Assembly: GCA_947380905.1 (NCBI GenBank)
Contig: CANCSS010000004.1
Span: 8,549 to 72,548, forward strand
Origin: Chitinophagaceae bacterium
Lineage (GTDB): Bacteria > Bacteroidota > Bacteroidia > Chitinophagales > Chitinophagaceae
DNA length: 64,000 bases
Reading direction: 5' to 3'
Within the stretch, counting starts at the first letter, position 1, and each line of letters starts with the position of its first letter. The translations under genes and the position numbers were made by a program. Under the pieces are notes generated by a model. It was not told the origin of the DNA. It was given only the letters and a program-made list of their open reading frames with translations, and made no database searches. Below are positions 9,233 to 19,257 of this stretch, in pieces.

Positions 9233-11230
9233 ATGAAAAAAAGCCCTTTGTTCTTTTTCTTTGCCTTTTTATTGGTCTGCCAACCATCGGCCATGGGCCA
9301 AAACACGCCAAGCTCAAGTACTGTCAATTCTAAATACAATTATCACGATGCTTTTGCCCCTTTCTTTTATACCCACAATGGAAACGAATACCGGGCAGCA
9401 TCTGGCGAACCTGGTCCAAAATATTGGCAAAATAAAGCAGATTATCACTTAGCGGTTAAGCTCAATGAAGCCACCAATGAAATAAGCGGAACAGAAATAT
9501 TGTCTTATACCAACAACAGTCCTCAAAACTTAAATTTTATTTGGATGCAGTTGGATCAAAATTTATTTAAAGATGATGCACGTGGCAATGCCATTGTTCC
9601 AATAAATGGCAGTAGAAATGCAGGGCATGGGCAACAATTTAATGCAGGTTATAATATTCAATCAGTGAGCATTTTATCGGGAGTTAAAAATGAAATAGTT
9701 ACCCATGTTAAGTACATGATTGAAGACACAAGAATGCAAGTTTTTTTGCCCAAAGCAATTTCATCCAATGGGGGCCATTTAAAAATAAAAATTAATTATT
9801 CTTTTATTTCACCTGACTATGGCTCAGATAGAATGGGTGTGCTTACAACAAAAAATGGTAAAATATTTACGGTAGCTCAATGGTATCCAAGAATGTGTGT
9901 ATATGATGATGTGCTTGGTTGGAATACGCATCCTTATACGGGTCCTGGTGAATTTTATTTAGAGTATGGTGATTTTGATTTTACCATCACCGCCGCCTCA
10001 AATATAATTGTGGTGGGATCTGGTGAATTAATGAATCCTAAAGAAGTGTATACGCCTGAACAATTAAAACGCTGGTCGATAGCAGCAGCATCAGATAAAA
10101 CTATTTTAATTAGAACAGCCGCCGAAGTAGCAAAAGAAAATTCAAATGTAGTATCCACCAAAGAACGCAGTTGGCATTTTAAAATTACCAATGCCCGTGA
10201 TGCTGCCTGGGCAGCTTCTTCAGCATTTATAGTTGATGCTGCAAAAATCAATTTACCTAGTGATAAAAAATCAATTGCTATTTCTGCCTATCCTGTAGAA
10301 AGCAATGGAGATAGCGCTTGGGGACGTTCTACAGAATATGTAAAAAAATCTATTGAATACAATTCTGCTAAATGGTACAGCTTTCCTTATCCAGCTGCTA
10401 CCTGTGTTGCAGGAAATGTAGGTGGTATGGAATATCCGGGTATTGTATTTTGTGGAGCACGTGCTACAAGAGGAGGACTTATGGGCGTCAACGATCATGA
10501 ATTTGGACACACATGGTTCCCCATGATTGTAGGATCCAATGAAAGATTGTACGGTTGGATGGACGAGGGATTCAATACTTTTATTAATACATTATCTACC
10601 GCTGATTTTAACAATGGAGAATACAAATACAAAGGAACCATAGACAAGCATCTCATGGGCAATGTATTTACTTATCCTGGGCTTGAGCCAATGTTAAGTT
10701 ATGTGGACAATTACAAAGAAAGAAACAACGGAATACTTTCTTACAGCAAACCAGGCGAAGGGCTTACTTTGCTTCGGGAACAAATTCTTGGGAAAGAGCG
10801 TTTTGATCGCGCGTTTACTACTTATATTCAAAGATGGGCCTTTAAACATCCTACGCCCGACGATTTTTTTAGAACCATAGAAAATGTGGCGGGAGAAAGT
10901 TTGCAATGGTTTTGGAGAGGTTGGTTTGTCAACAATTGGAGATTAGATGTAGCAGTAAGTGATGTGAAGTACATTGATAGTAATGATGTTACACAAGGGG
11001 CCATGATTACTTTAGACAATTTAGAAAAAATGGCGATGCCCGTGGTTGTAGAAATTAAATTAAGTAGCGGTAAAAAAGAGCGTATAAAATTACCAGTTGA
11101 AATTTGGGAAAGAAATATTTCCTGGACTTTTAAATACAATTGTAAAGAAGCCATTGAATCTGTAACCTATGATCCAGACAAAGCCATGCCCGACTTTAAT
11201 GCCTCCAATAATACTTGGACTAAAAAATAA
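9233..11230 (+). CDS. M1 family zinc aminopeptidase
   Basis: GGMEYP, HEFGH-x18-E (WMDEG), YWQNKADY and AQWYPR motifs; signal peptide. Confidence 0.92.
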   Translation: MKKSPLFFFFAFLLVCQPSAMGQNTPSSSTVNSKYNYHDAFAPFFYTHNGNEYRAASGEPGPKYWQNKADYHLAVKLNEATNEISGTEILSYTNNSPQNLNFIWMQLDQNLFKDDARGNAIVPINGSRNAGHGQQFNAGYNIQSVSILSGVKNEIVTHVKYMIEDTRMQVFLPKAISSNGGHLKIKINYSFISPDYGSDRMGVLTTKNGKIFTVAQWYPRMCVYDDVLGWNTHPYTGPGEFYLEYGDFDFTITAASNIIVVGSGELMNPKEVYTPEQLKRWSIAAASDKTILIRTAAEVAKENSNVVSTKERSWHFKITNARDAAWAASSAFIVDAAKINLPSDKKSIAISAYPVESNGDSAWGRSTEYVKKSIEYNSAKWYSFPYPAATCVAGNVGGMEYPGIVFCGARATRGGLMGVNDHEFGHTWFPMIVGSNERLYGWMDEGFNTFINTLSTADFNNGEYKYKGTIDKHLMGNVFTYPGLEPMLSYVDNYKERNNGILSYSKPGEGLTLLREQILGKERFDRAFTTYIQRWAFKHPTPDDFFRTIENVAGESLQWFWRGWFVNNWRLDVAVSDVKYIDSNDVTQGAMITLDNLEKMAMPVVVEIKLSSGKKERIKLPVEIWERNISWTFKYNCKEAIESVTYDPDKAMPDFNASNNTWTKK

Positions 11231-11245
11231 TTTAATTGCACGCTT

Positions 11246-13684
11246 ATGAAACTGTACAAATTTATTTTGCTCCTAGCGGCTTGCCCTGTTATTTTATTTG
11301 CTCAAAAAAAGCAGATTAAAAAAAAGGAACTGCCAAAACCAGCGGTCGCCAATATACAAGCGGCTTCTATTCAGCAGCCACTAAAGCTTTGGTACGACCA
11401 ACCAGCTAGGTATTTTGAAGAAGCAGTGGTATTGGGCAATGGCCGTCAAGGGGCTACGGTATTTGGTGGTATTGCCATGGATAAAATTTATTTAAATGAC
11501 CTTAGTTTATGGTCGGGCGAACCTGTCAATGCCAATATGAATCCTCAAGCGTATAAAAATTTACCTGCGGTCAGAAAGGCTTTACAAGAAAAAAATTATA
11601 AAAAAGCGAATGAGCTAATAAAAAAATTACAAGGAAAGTTTTCCGAATCTTATGCACCCCTTGGTACTTTGTTTTTAGAAATGAATGACGATCCTTATAT
11701 CACAGATTATTATCGTGAATTAGACATTGATCAAGCCATTGCAAAAGTAAAAACCACTTCTAATACGAATGTTATAGAAAGAGAATACTTGGTCTCCAAT
11801 CCAGATAAAATAATGGCCATTCATTTAACCAGTAAAAAAGTCGGCGCATTGGGCTTCACTGTATATTTTCAATCCTTATTACAACATACTACTACCAATA
11901 CCAATAATACCATTCAGATAAATGGAGTTGCACCCGTGAAGGCCGATCCCAACTATGTTCAAAAAACCCGCAACGCTATTGTGTTTGATAAAAAAAGAGG
12001 AACACGTTTTTCAACTGATATTCAAATACAATCTGCCACTGGGGAAATTAAAAAAACCGATTCTTCATTAAGTTTATCTGGAGCAACAGAAGCCATTATT
12101 TATATTTCAATGGCTACCAGCTTCAACGGATTTGATAAAGATCCGGCGACGAAAGGATTGAACAATGTAGCCATGGCCGAATCGCAATTAAACCATGCCA
12201 AACAAACAGGCTGGGGGGATATTAAAAAACAACATGTTAAAGACTATCAAACGTTTTTTAAACGCGTTGAATTAAAGTTGGCAGATAAAGATTTGGTGAA
12301 TTTACCAACCGATGAACGTTTGAAGCGTTATGCCAAAGGCGAATCAGATCCTTATTTAGAAACCTTGTATTTTCAATATGGTCGTTACTTGTTAATTTCT
12401 AGTTCGCGTACACCAGGCGTGCCTGCTAATTTACAGGGTTTATGGAATCCTTATTTACAACCCCCTTGGTCTAGTAACTATACGATTAATATCAATGCAG
12501 AAGAAAATTATTGGTTGGCCGAAAACACCAATCTTTCTGAAATGCATTTGCCTTTTTTACAATTTGTTGGCAACTTAGCTACCACTGGAAAAGTGACAGC
12601 TAAAACTTTTTACAACATGCCAGGTTGGGTGGCACATCACAACTCAGATATTTGGGCGATGTCCAATCCGGTGGGAAATTTTGGTAATGGGGATCCGGTT
12701 TGGGCCAATTGGACCATGGGCGGCACTTGGGCCTCTACGCATTTATGGGAACATTATTTATTTACACAAGACCCCACTTTTTTAGAACAAAAAGCTTACC
12801 CAATCATGCGTGGTGCTGCAGAATTTTGTTTGGCTTGGCTGGTGCCTGATAGCAGTGGTCAATTAATTACTTCTCCTTCTACTTCTCCAGAAAATTCTTT
12901 TAAAACACCTGCTGGTTTAGTGGGCTCCGTTTTATTTGGTGGTACTGCCGATTTAGCCATGATACGTGAATTGTTTTTAGACGTTATAGCCGCGCAGAAA
13001 ATTTTAAAAAATGACAATGACTTTGTACAAAAAATTAATACTGCGTTAAATAATCTACATGGTTATCAAGTGGGCAAGGCGGGCAATTTGCAAGAATGGT
13101 ATTATGATTGGGAAGACAACGAGCCCAAACATCGTCATCAGAGTCATTTATTTGGATTGTATCCAGGCACTCACGTGACAGTAGCAAACACGCCAAACAT
13201 TGCAGCCGCAGCAAAACGAACATTAGAAATAAAAGGAGACGAAACCACCGGTTGGTCCAAGGGCTGGAGAATTAATTTATGGGCCAGATTAAAAGACGGA
13301 GACCATGCTTATAAAATGTATCGTGAATTATTAAAGTATGTTGCCCCCGATGAAACAAAAGAAAACTATACCAATGCAGGGGGTACCTACCCTAATTTAT
13401 TAGATGCGCATCCACCATTTCAAATTGATGGCAATTTTGGAGGCGCTGCTGCTGTAGCCGAAATGCTGCTACAGTCCAACACCGACTATATTGAATTGTT
13501 GCCAGCACTGCCTAAAGCCTGGCCTTCGGGTGCTGTTAAAGGACTAAAAGCAAGAGGCAATTATGAAATTGACATGAGCTGGAATGCGGGCCAGGTTACC
13601 AATGTAAAAATAAAATCAACCACCCAATCCACGGCCAAAGTATTAATGAATGGGAAAATGCAAGTTATCAAAACAAGTAAATAA
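11246..13684 (+). CDS. GH95 alpha-L-fucosidase/alpha-L-galactosidase
   Basis: LGNGRQGA, FQYGRYLLISSSR, PANLQGLWN, SPEN, HRHQSHL and PFQIDGNFG motifs. Confidence 0.93.
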   Translation: MKLYKFILLLAACPVILFAQKKQIKKKELPKPAVANIQAASIQQPLKLWYDQPARYFEEAVVLGNGRQGATVFGGIAMDKIYLNDLSLWSGEPVNANMNPQAYKNLPAVRKALQEKNYKKANELIKKLQGKFSESYAPLGTLFLEMNDDPYITDYYRELDIDQAIAKVKTTSNTNVIEREYLVSNPDKIMAIHLTSKKVGALGFTVYFQSLLQHTTTNTNNTIQINGVAPVKADPNYVQKTRNAIVFDKKRGTRFSTDIQIQSATGEIKKTDSSLSLSGATEAIIYISMATSFNGFDKDPATKGLNNVAMAESQLNHAKQTGWGDIKKQHVKDYQTFFKRVELKLADKDLVNLPTDERLKRYAKGESDPYLETLYFQYGRYLLISSSRTPGVPANLQGLWNPYLQPPWSSNYTININAEENYWLAENTNLSEMHLPFLQFVGNLATTGKVTAKTFYNMPGWVAHHNSDIWAMSNPVGNFGNGDPVWANWTMGGTWASTHLWEHYLFTQDPTFLEQKAYPIMRGAAEFCLAWLVPDSSGQLITSPSTSPENSFKTPAGLVGSVLFGGTADLAMIRELFLDVIAAQKILKNDNDFVQKINTALNNLHGYQVGKAGNLQEWYYDWEDNEPKHRHQSHLFGLYPGTHVTVANTPNIAAAAKRTLEIKGDETTGWSKGWRINLWARLKDGDHAYKMYRELLKYVAPDETKENYTNAGGTYPNLLDAHPPFQIDGNFGGAAAVAEMLLQSNTDYIELLPALPKAWPSGAVKGLKARGNYEIDMSWNAGQVTNVKIKSTTQSTAKVLMNGKMQVIKTSK

Positions 13685-13770
13685 TTATAAACCATTTCAT
13701 TCATCACAAATTCAATAAAAAAGTAGCAAGAAAACAACACTTGCAGTAACTTTAATAAAAGCAATAAGAT

Positions 13771-14370
13771 ATGTCATTGATTTTGGGCAGAACTGAGTTT
13801 GGAAATCCTGCAAATAAAGGCAAAGTACTTTCGGTAACGGAAGCCAATGATTTATTTATGAGTTGGGTGTTAAATCCAAAGTTGCAACTGCACATGAAAC
13901 AAGTAGCTCATTTAATGAAGGCTTGGGCCAAGGAAAAAGAAAATTTAAATGAAGCAGATCAATGGCGCTGGGAAATGGCCGGGCTTTTGCATGATGCGGA
14001 TTGGGACCAATGGCCAGAACTTCATTGTAAAAAAATAATTGAATATTTAGAGGAAAAAGAGATTGATCCTGAAATTATTAGGGCGATTGCTTCTCATGGG
14101 CCTGTTCATTTTGGGGTAGAACCCATTACCAATATGGACAAAATGTTGTTCGCTTTCGATGAACTCTCTGGATTAATTCATGCGTATTCATTGATGCGGC
14201 CCGAAGGATATCATGGGATGGAATTGAAGGGCGCTAAAAAAAGAATTAAAGACAAAGCCTTTGCTGCTAATGTTTCTAGAGAAGATATAGCAGATGCTTG
14301 TACAAGAGCTAATATTTCATTGGATGATTTAATTCAATTTATTATTGACAGACAAGCTCATGCTGTATAA
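13771..14370 (+). CDS. HD-domain metal-dependent hydrolase (COG2316-like)
   Basis: GLLHDADW, AIASH, DELSGLI and KDKAFAANVSR motifs. Confidence 0.8.
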   Translation: MSLILGRTEFGNPANKGKVLSVTEANDLFMSWVLNPKLQLHMKQVAHLMKAWAKEKENLNEADQWRWEMAGLLHDADWDQWPELHCKKIIEYLEEKEIDPEIIRAIASHGPVHFGVEPITNMDKMLFAFDELSGLIHAYSLMRPEGYHGMELKGAKKRIKDKAFAANVSREDIADACTRANISLDDLIQFIIDRQAHAV

Positions 14371-14419
14371 AATTTCAAATTATACTATTTTAAAAATACA
14401 TTTATTTAAACCTGCTACC

Positions 14420-17110
14420 ATGCGTAAAATACTGTTTTCGATTTTAATGATTGTTGCCACACAATTTTTTGTGTCTGCACAAAATGTACCTACTCCAAAA
14501 TCACATTTTGGTTTTGCCATAGGAGATAATTATCAACTGGCCACTTTTACACAAACGGAAGCGTATTTAAAAAAAATTGCAGCGGCTTCTAAAAAAGTAA
14601 AATTACAAATAATAGGCAAAACCGAAGAAGGACGCAATCAATACATGCTCATCGTTTCTGATCCTAGCAATCTTGCCAATTTAGAAAAATACAAATCTAT
14701 TTCTCAAAAATTAGCGCATGCAGAAAATCTATCTGTAGAAGAAGCTACTCAATTGGCTAAAGAAGGAAAAGCGGTGGTATGGATTGATGGTGGCTTGCAT
14801 GCAACCGAGGTTACGGGCATCCATCAATGGATAGAATCTATTTATCAAATCATTACTAGAGAAGACGAAGAAACAAAACGTATTTTAAAATCTACCATCA
14901 TTTTATTTGTACATGCCAATCCGGATGGACAAGAATTGGTTTCTAATTGGTACATGAGAAATAGCGATACCTTAAAAAGAACTACTTCTAATTTACCTCG
15001 CTTGTATGAAAAGTACATTGGTCACGATAACAACCGAGATTTTTTTATGACCAATATGCAGGAGTCCAAAAACATGAGTCGTCAACAATATATTGAATGG
15101 ATGCCGCAAGTGCTTTACAATCACCATCAAACAGGACCTCCTGGTTCAGTAGTAGCGGGGCCTCCGTATCGTGATCCATTCAATTATGTGTATGATCCGT
15201 TATTGGTTACTGGCATTGATGCTTTGGGAGCAGCCATGAGCAGTCGTTTGAATGCAGAGGGTAAACCTGGTTATACCATGAAAGGTGGGTCGGTATATTC
15301 TACTTGGTGGAACGGGGGATTAAGAACCACGGCCTATTATCACAATATTATTGGACTCCTAACTGAAATAATTGGTAATCCAACACCCATGTCTATTCCT
15401 TTGGTGCCGCAAAGACTAATTCCTAATAGCGCTACTCCATTTCCTATTACTCCACAAAAATGGTATTTTAAAAATTCAATTGATTATTCTATCTCACTTA
15501 ACTATGCCGTGTTAAATTATGCAGCTAGGTATAAAGATGAATTGTTGTTCAATATATACACCATGGGCAGACACAGTATTGAAGCTGGAAGCAAAGACAG
15601 TTGGACGATGTCTCCTAAAAAATCAGACTTAGTTACTGAATTGTATAAAGCAGATAAAAAAGACAGCAAGTCAGATACCATTCCAGTAGCCTATTTCGAC
15701 AAAGTGTATAAAAATCCAGTGTTAAGAGATCCAAGAGGTTATATTATTCCCATTACACAATCTACATCTGCCGTTGCTTTTATTAATATTTTAATTCAAA
15801 GTGGAATTAAAATTGAAAAAGCAACTGTCGATTTTAAAGTAGCAGGAAAAAATTATCCTGCAGGATCTTATATCGTTAAAACCAATCAAGCGTTTAGACC
15901 ACATGTATTGGATATGTTTGAACCACAAGATCATCCCAATGATTTTTTATATCCAGGAGGCCCTCCTGTGAGACCCTATGATGCGGCAGGTTGGACGCCC
16001 GCGTTTACTATGGGCATTGAGTTTGATAGAATACTTGATGATTTTACTGGTCCTTTTGAAACCATTCCTTATGGAGTTCGACAACAATCTATAGGTCAAA
16101 TTAACAAAGCAAGCAAAGAATGGGTAGGCTATACTTTTCCTACCAATGAAAATGCTGCATATGTGGCGATCAATGAATTTTTAAATGCCGGTGTTGAGGT
16201 ATTAAAAAATAAAGACCAATATTTTGTTGCTACCAATAAAAATGTAGAAGTACAAATAGAAAAATTAAGTACCGAACAAGGTATTAGATTTACTGCTGTA
16301 AATAAAAAACCAGAAAGTATCAACGACAAAGTAAACATACAAAGAATTGCACTTTGGGATAAATATGGTGGATCTATTTCTTCCGGTTGGGTAAGATGGA
16401 TTTTTGAACAATACCATTTTCCTTTTAAACTTATTTATCCAAAACAAATAGATGCGGGGTCTTTAAAAGATCAATACGATGTAATAGTTTTTGTAGAAGG
16501 TGCCATACCTTCTTTGAAACCAGAGGGCGTTTCCTCATTTGAAGAAAGAGAGCCAAAAGCCGAAGAAATTCCTGAAGAATTGCATTATATGTTGGGTAAA
16601 ATAAATACGCAAAAGTCAATTCCTGCATTGCAAGAATTTTTACAAAAAGGAGGAAAGGTCATTGCCATTGGCTCCAGTGCCAACCTAGCCTATCATTTAA
16701 ATTTACCTGTTAAAAACGCTTTGGTGGAAATGGTAGCAGGAAAAGAAAGAACCTTGCCTGGTGAAAAATATTACATCCCTGGTAGTATCATGCAAATAAC
16801 GGTGGACAATGAATACAAAGCCAATTGGGGCATGAATAAAAAAGCAGATGTTTATTTTAGTGCCAGTCCTGTTTTTAAATTATTGCCGGATGCCATTGCA
16901 CATAAAGAGGTGGTGCCATTGGCTTGGTATGCAAGTGATAAAACATTAAGAAGCGGTTGGGCTTTTGGCCAAAACTATTTACAAGATGGTGTTGCAGCTT
17001 TTGAAGCCAAAGTGGGCAATGGCAAGCTTTTTGTTTATGGGCCAGAAATTACATTCAGAGGACAAACACATAGTAATTATAAAATGCTATTCAATCAATT
17101 GTATCAATAA
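14420..17110 (+). CDS. M14 zinc carboxypeptidase family protein
   Basis: DGGLHATE (HxxE), ANPDG, HDNNRD and NHHQ motifs. Start moved to ATG 14420 (MRKILFSIL, signal peptide). Confidence 0.88.
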   Translation: MRKILFSILMIVATQFFVSAQNVPTPKSHFGFAIGDNYQLATFTQTEAYLKKIAAASKKVKLQIIGKTEEGRNQYMLIVSDPSNLANLEKYKSISQKLAHAENLSVEEATQLAKEGKAVVWIDGGLHATEVTGIHQWIESIYQIITREDEETKRILKSTIILFVHANPDGQELVSNWYMRNSDTLKRTTSNLPRLYEKYIGHDNNRDFFMTNMQESKNMSRQQYIEWMPQVLYNHHQTGPPGSVVAGPPYRDPFNYVYDPLLVTGIDALGAAMSSRLNAEGKPGYTMKGGSVYSTWWNGGLRTTAYYHNIIGLLTEIIGNPTPMSIPLVPQRLIPNSATPFPITPQKWYFKNSIDYSISLNYAVLNYAARYKDELLFNIYTMGRHSIEAGSKDSWTMSPKKSDLVTELYKADKKDSKSDTIPVAYFDKVYKNPVLRDPRGYIIPITQSTSAVAFINILIQSGIKIEKATVDFKVAGKNYPAGSYIVKTNQAFRPHVLDMFEPQDHPNDFLYPGGPPVRPYDAAGWTPAFTMGIEFDRILDDFTGPFETIPYGVRQQSIGQINKASKEWVGYTFPTNENAAYVAINEFLNAGVEVLKNKDQYFVATNKNVEVQIEKLSTEQGIRFTAVNKKPESINDKVNIQRIALWDKYGGSISSGWVRWIFEQYHFPFKLIYPKQIDAGSLKDQYDVIVFVEGAIPSLKPEGVSSFEEREPKAEEIPEELHYMLGKINTQKSIPALQEFLQKGGKVIAIGSSANLAYHLNLPVKNALVEMVAGKERTLPGEKYYIPGSIMQITVDNEYKANWGMNKKADVYFSASPVFKLLPDAIAHKEVVPLAWYASDKTLRSGWAFGQNYLQDGVAAFEAKVGNGKLFVYGPEITFRGQTHSNYKMLFNQLYQ

Positions 17111-17122
17111 ATAAAATAAATT

Positions 17123-18178
17123 TTAAGCCATCTTCTTAGCAAAGTTGGGTCTTACTACCCAGCTTTGTTTGTTTGGTTTTCTTAAGACCAACCAATAAAA
17201 AAAGAAACCAGTGGTAACCATTCTCATTGCGGGCACCATCCATATGGGCAATGATTTACTCAAATCAATTAATAAACCATCGTCTTGGAATGTGCCAAAT
17301 CCAATCCAAGCAGGCAATCGATACCAATAATAACAGGATACGCCAGCTGCAGCAAAAATGCTAATGAGTTTTCTTTTGTGTTCAGCTTTAATAATTTTAT
17401 CAATATTAAAATAGAGAATGGCTGTGGTCGCCAAACCTACCATGGGCATATAATATACACTTACAAAATTTTCAAGATTTTTGATGACAATCGTATCTGG
17501 TACATGAAACCAGCCCCAAATAAATCCAGGTAAGCCGCCAATAATCATAAGACCACTTAACACATTGTATTCTGTTTTATGAGCGCTCAGTGGATTGATA
17601 TTGGGTGTTGAATCGGGGCAAGGAATAACACAATTCATACAATTATCACAATTGGCGTTGGGCATGGACCTAAAAACATTGCCCCCATACAATTTTTCAA
17701 CTGGATGAACTGGACACAAACCTGAACACCAAGCACTTTTCCATTCGTAAAAAAAACCTAAAGTCACTCCTATTGCGGCCATGGTTATAATCATGATTCC
17801 TGTGGCCATCCCATTGTTGTTAAATAAAGAATGCCTTAACGGTACAATTATAAACAATGCAAAAGTGGCTATGACATTAAAAATTCCAATTTGCTTTGCT
17901 GTTAATTTTTTTCTTTTAGACAATCCCAGATGTCTTGGCAATAAATTAGTAGTGGCCAATGGACAAACATTTCTCCAAATACCCACCGCAACTACAAATA
18001 AAAATGGAGCAATAGGTATCAATACATTCCAAAACAATAAAATACCTAAGCGCGGATAAAACAACAAACAAGTTAATATATAAGCGCCACCAAGCCATAC
18101 CAAAAATTGTACTATTCTCCATATGGCAATGGATTGTGTTGATAATTGAGCGCCGGATTTGTAAGTGACAGTAGACAT
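17123..18178 (-). CDS. Polytopic membrane protein with 4Fe-4S-binding motifs (polyferredoxin/NapH-like)
   Basis: Multiple TM segments; RNVCP, WCSGLCP and CDNCMNCVIPCP motifs. Confidence 0.7.
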   Translation of the reverse strand: MSTVTYKSGAQLSTQSIAIWRIVQFLVWLGGAYILTCLLFYPRLGILLFWNVLIPIAPFLFVVAVGIWRNVCPLATTNLLPRHLGLSKRKKLTAKQIGIFNVIATFALFIIVPLRHSLFNNNGMATGIMIITMAAIGVTLGFFYEWKSAWCSGLCPVHPVEKLYGGNVFRSMPNANCDNCMNCVIPCPDSTPNINPLSAHKTEYNVLSGLMIIGGLPGFIWGWFHVPDTIVIKNLENFVSVYYMPMVGLATTAILYFNIDKIIKAEHKRKLISIFAAAGVSCYYWYRLPAWIGFGTFQDDGLLIDLSKSLPIWMVPAMRMVTTGFFFYWLVLRKPNKQSWVVRPNFAKKMA

Positions 18179-18323
18179 ATTTTTCGATTTAAGGCCTTAG
18201 GCCCATTTATTTAAAAATGAAAAGTATACATTACGAAAATTTAAAAGAATGATTTACATCATAATACTTATTTTTGAGGTACCATTTTTTTAACCACTTC
18301 TAAAAATTTTTCTTTTGGACAAG

Positions 18324-19142
18324 ATGTATTGCTACGTTGATAATGAAATTAAACTCATGGAAGAAGCGGGTGTTCCTGTCACTGATTTATTGGTACAAAG
18401 AGGCTATGGTATTTTTGATTTCTTAAGAGTAGCAGATAACAAACCTTTATTTTTAGAGGATCATTTAGAGCGTTTTTTTAATTCAGCTCAGGTAATGCAT
18501 TTAAAAATTAAAGAGACAAAGGAGGAGATTAAAAAAATTGTTGCTGACTTGATTGAAAAAAACAACATGCCCTTCTCTGGATTTAGGATGTTAGTTTCAG
18601 GCGGTGATGCAGCGGATGGCTATACCATTACTGCACCAAGACTTATTATATTACAACAAGTTTTAGCCGCACCAGACGGTCAACTTTCTAGTAAGGGGAT
18701 ACATTTAGTGAGCTATCCTTTTCAACGTCAATTGTCGGAGGTAAAAACCACCGATTATTTAATGGCTATTTGGCTTCAGCCTTGGATGAAAACCAAGGGA
18801 GCAGATGATATTTTATATTATCAAGAGGCAGGTATCACGGAGTGCCCTAGGTCAAATATTTTTATGGTAACCCTTGAAAATAAGCTCATTACACCCGCCG
18901 ATCGCATGTTAAAAGGCATTACCCGTAAAAACATATTAAAAATAGCCGCCCAAGAGGGCATTGAATTTGAGCTTAGGGATATTTCCCTGGAAGAGCTAAA
19001 AACAGCCAAAGAGGTGTTTATAAGCAGTTCTACCAAAAGAATCCTGCCTGTGGCCCAGTTGGACGATCAGGTTTATCAACTAACTGGTTCAAGTTCAATA
19101 AGTTATAAAATATTTAACCTATTGCTGGCCCTAGAAAAGTAA
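18324..19142 (+). CDS. Class IV PLP aminotransferase (D-amino-acid/branched-chain aminotransferase-like)
   Basis: RGYGIFD, HLERF, VKT (PLP Lys), ECPRSNIF, LKGITR and EVFISSS motifs. Confidence 0.88.
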   Translation: MYCYVDNEIKLMEEAGVPVTDLLVQRGYGIFDFLRVADNKPLFLEDHLERFFNSAQVMHLKIKETKEEIKKIVADLIEKNNMPFSGFRMLVSGGDAADGYTITAPRLIILQQVLAAPDGQLSSKGIHLVSYPFQRQLSEVKTTDYLMAIWLQPWMKTKGADDILYYQEAGITECPRSNIFMVTLENKLITPADRMLKGITRKNILKIAAQEGIEFELRDISLEELKTAKEVFISSSTKRILPVAQLDDQVYQLTGSSSISYKIFNLLLALEK

Positions 19143-19215
19143 TATTTCATATCCCCCCTCTATAACTAATAATCATTTGTTAATGCTTTGTGAATTTAAT
19201 TAACAAGTTTTAGAT

Positions 19216-19223
19216 TAATTTTG
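19216..19223 (+). promoter_or_regulatory. Putative Bacteroidota -7 promoter box (TAATTTTG) for the TonB receptor
   Basis: Matches the TAnnTTTG consensus about 35 bp upstream of ATG 19258; TTTG at 19187-19190. Confidence 0.45.
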
Positions 19224-19257
19224 CGCTTATATATTCTAAAAATAAACACTGAATAAA

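Noticed and set aside
14345-14419. Upstream non-ATG extensions of ORFs (also 2850, 26896, 43930, 61960) and upstream ATG 34605
   Set aside because: Downstream ATGs give proper signal peptides or family N-termini and avoid overlaps.
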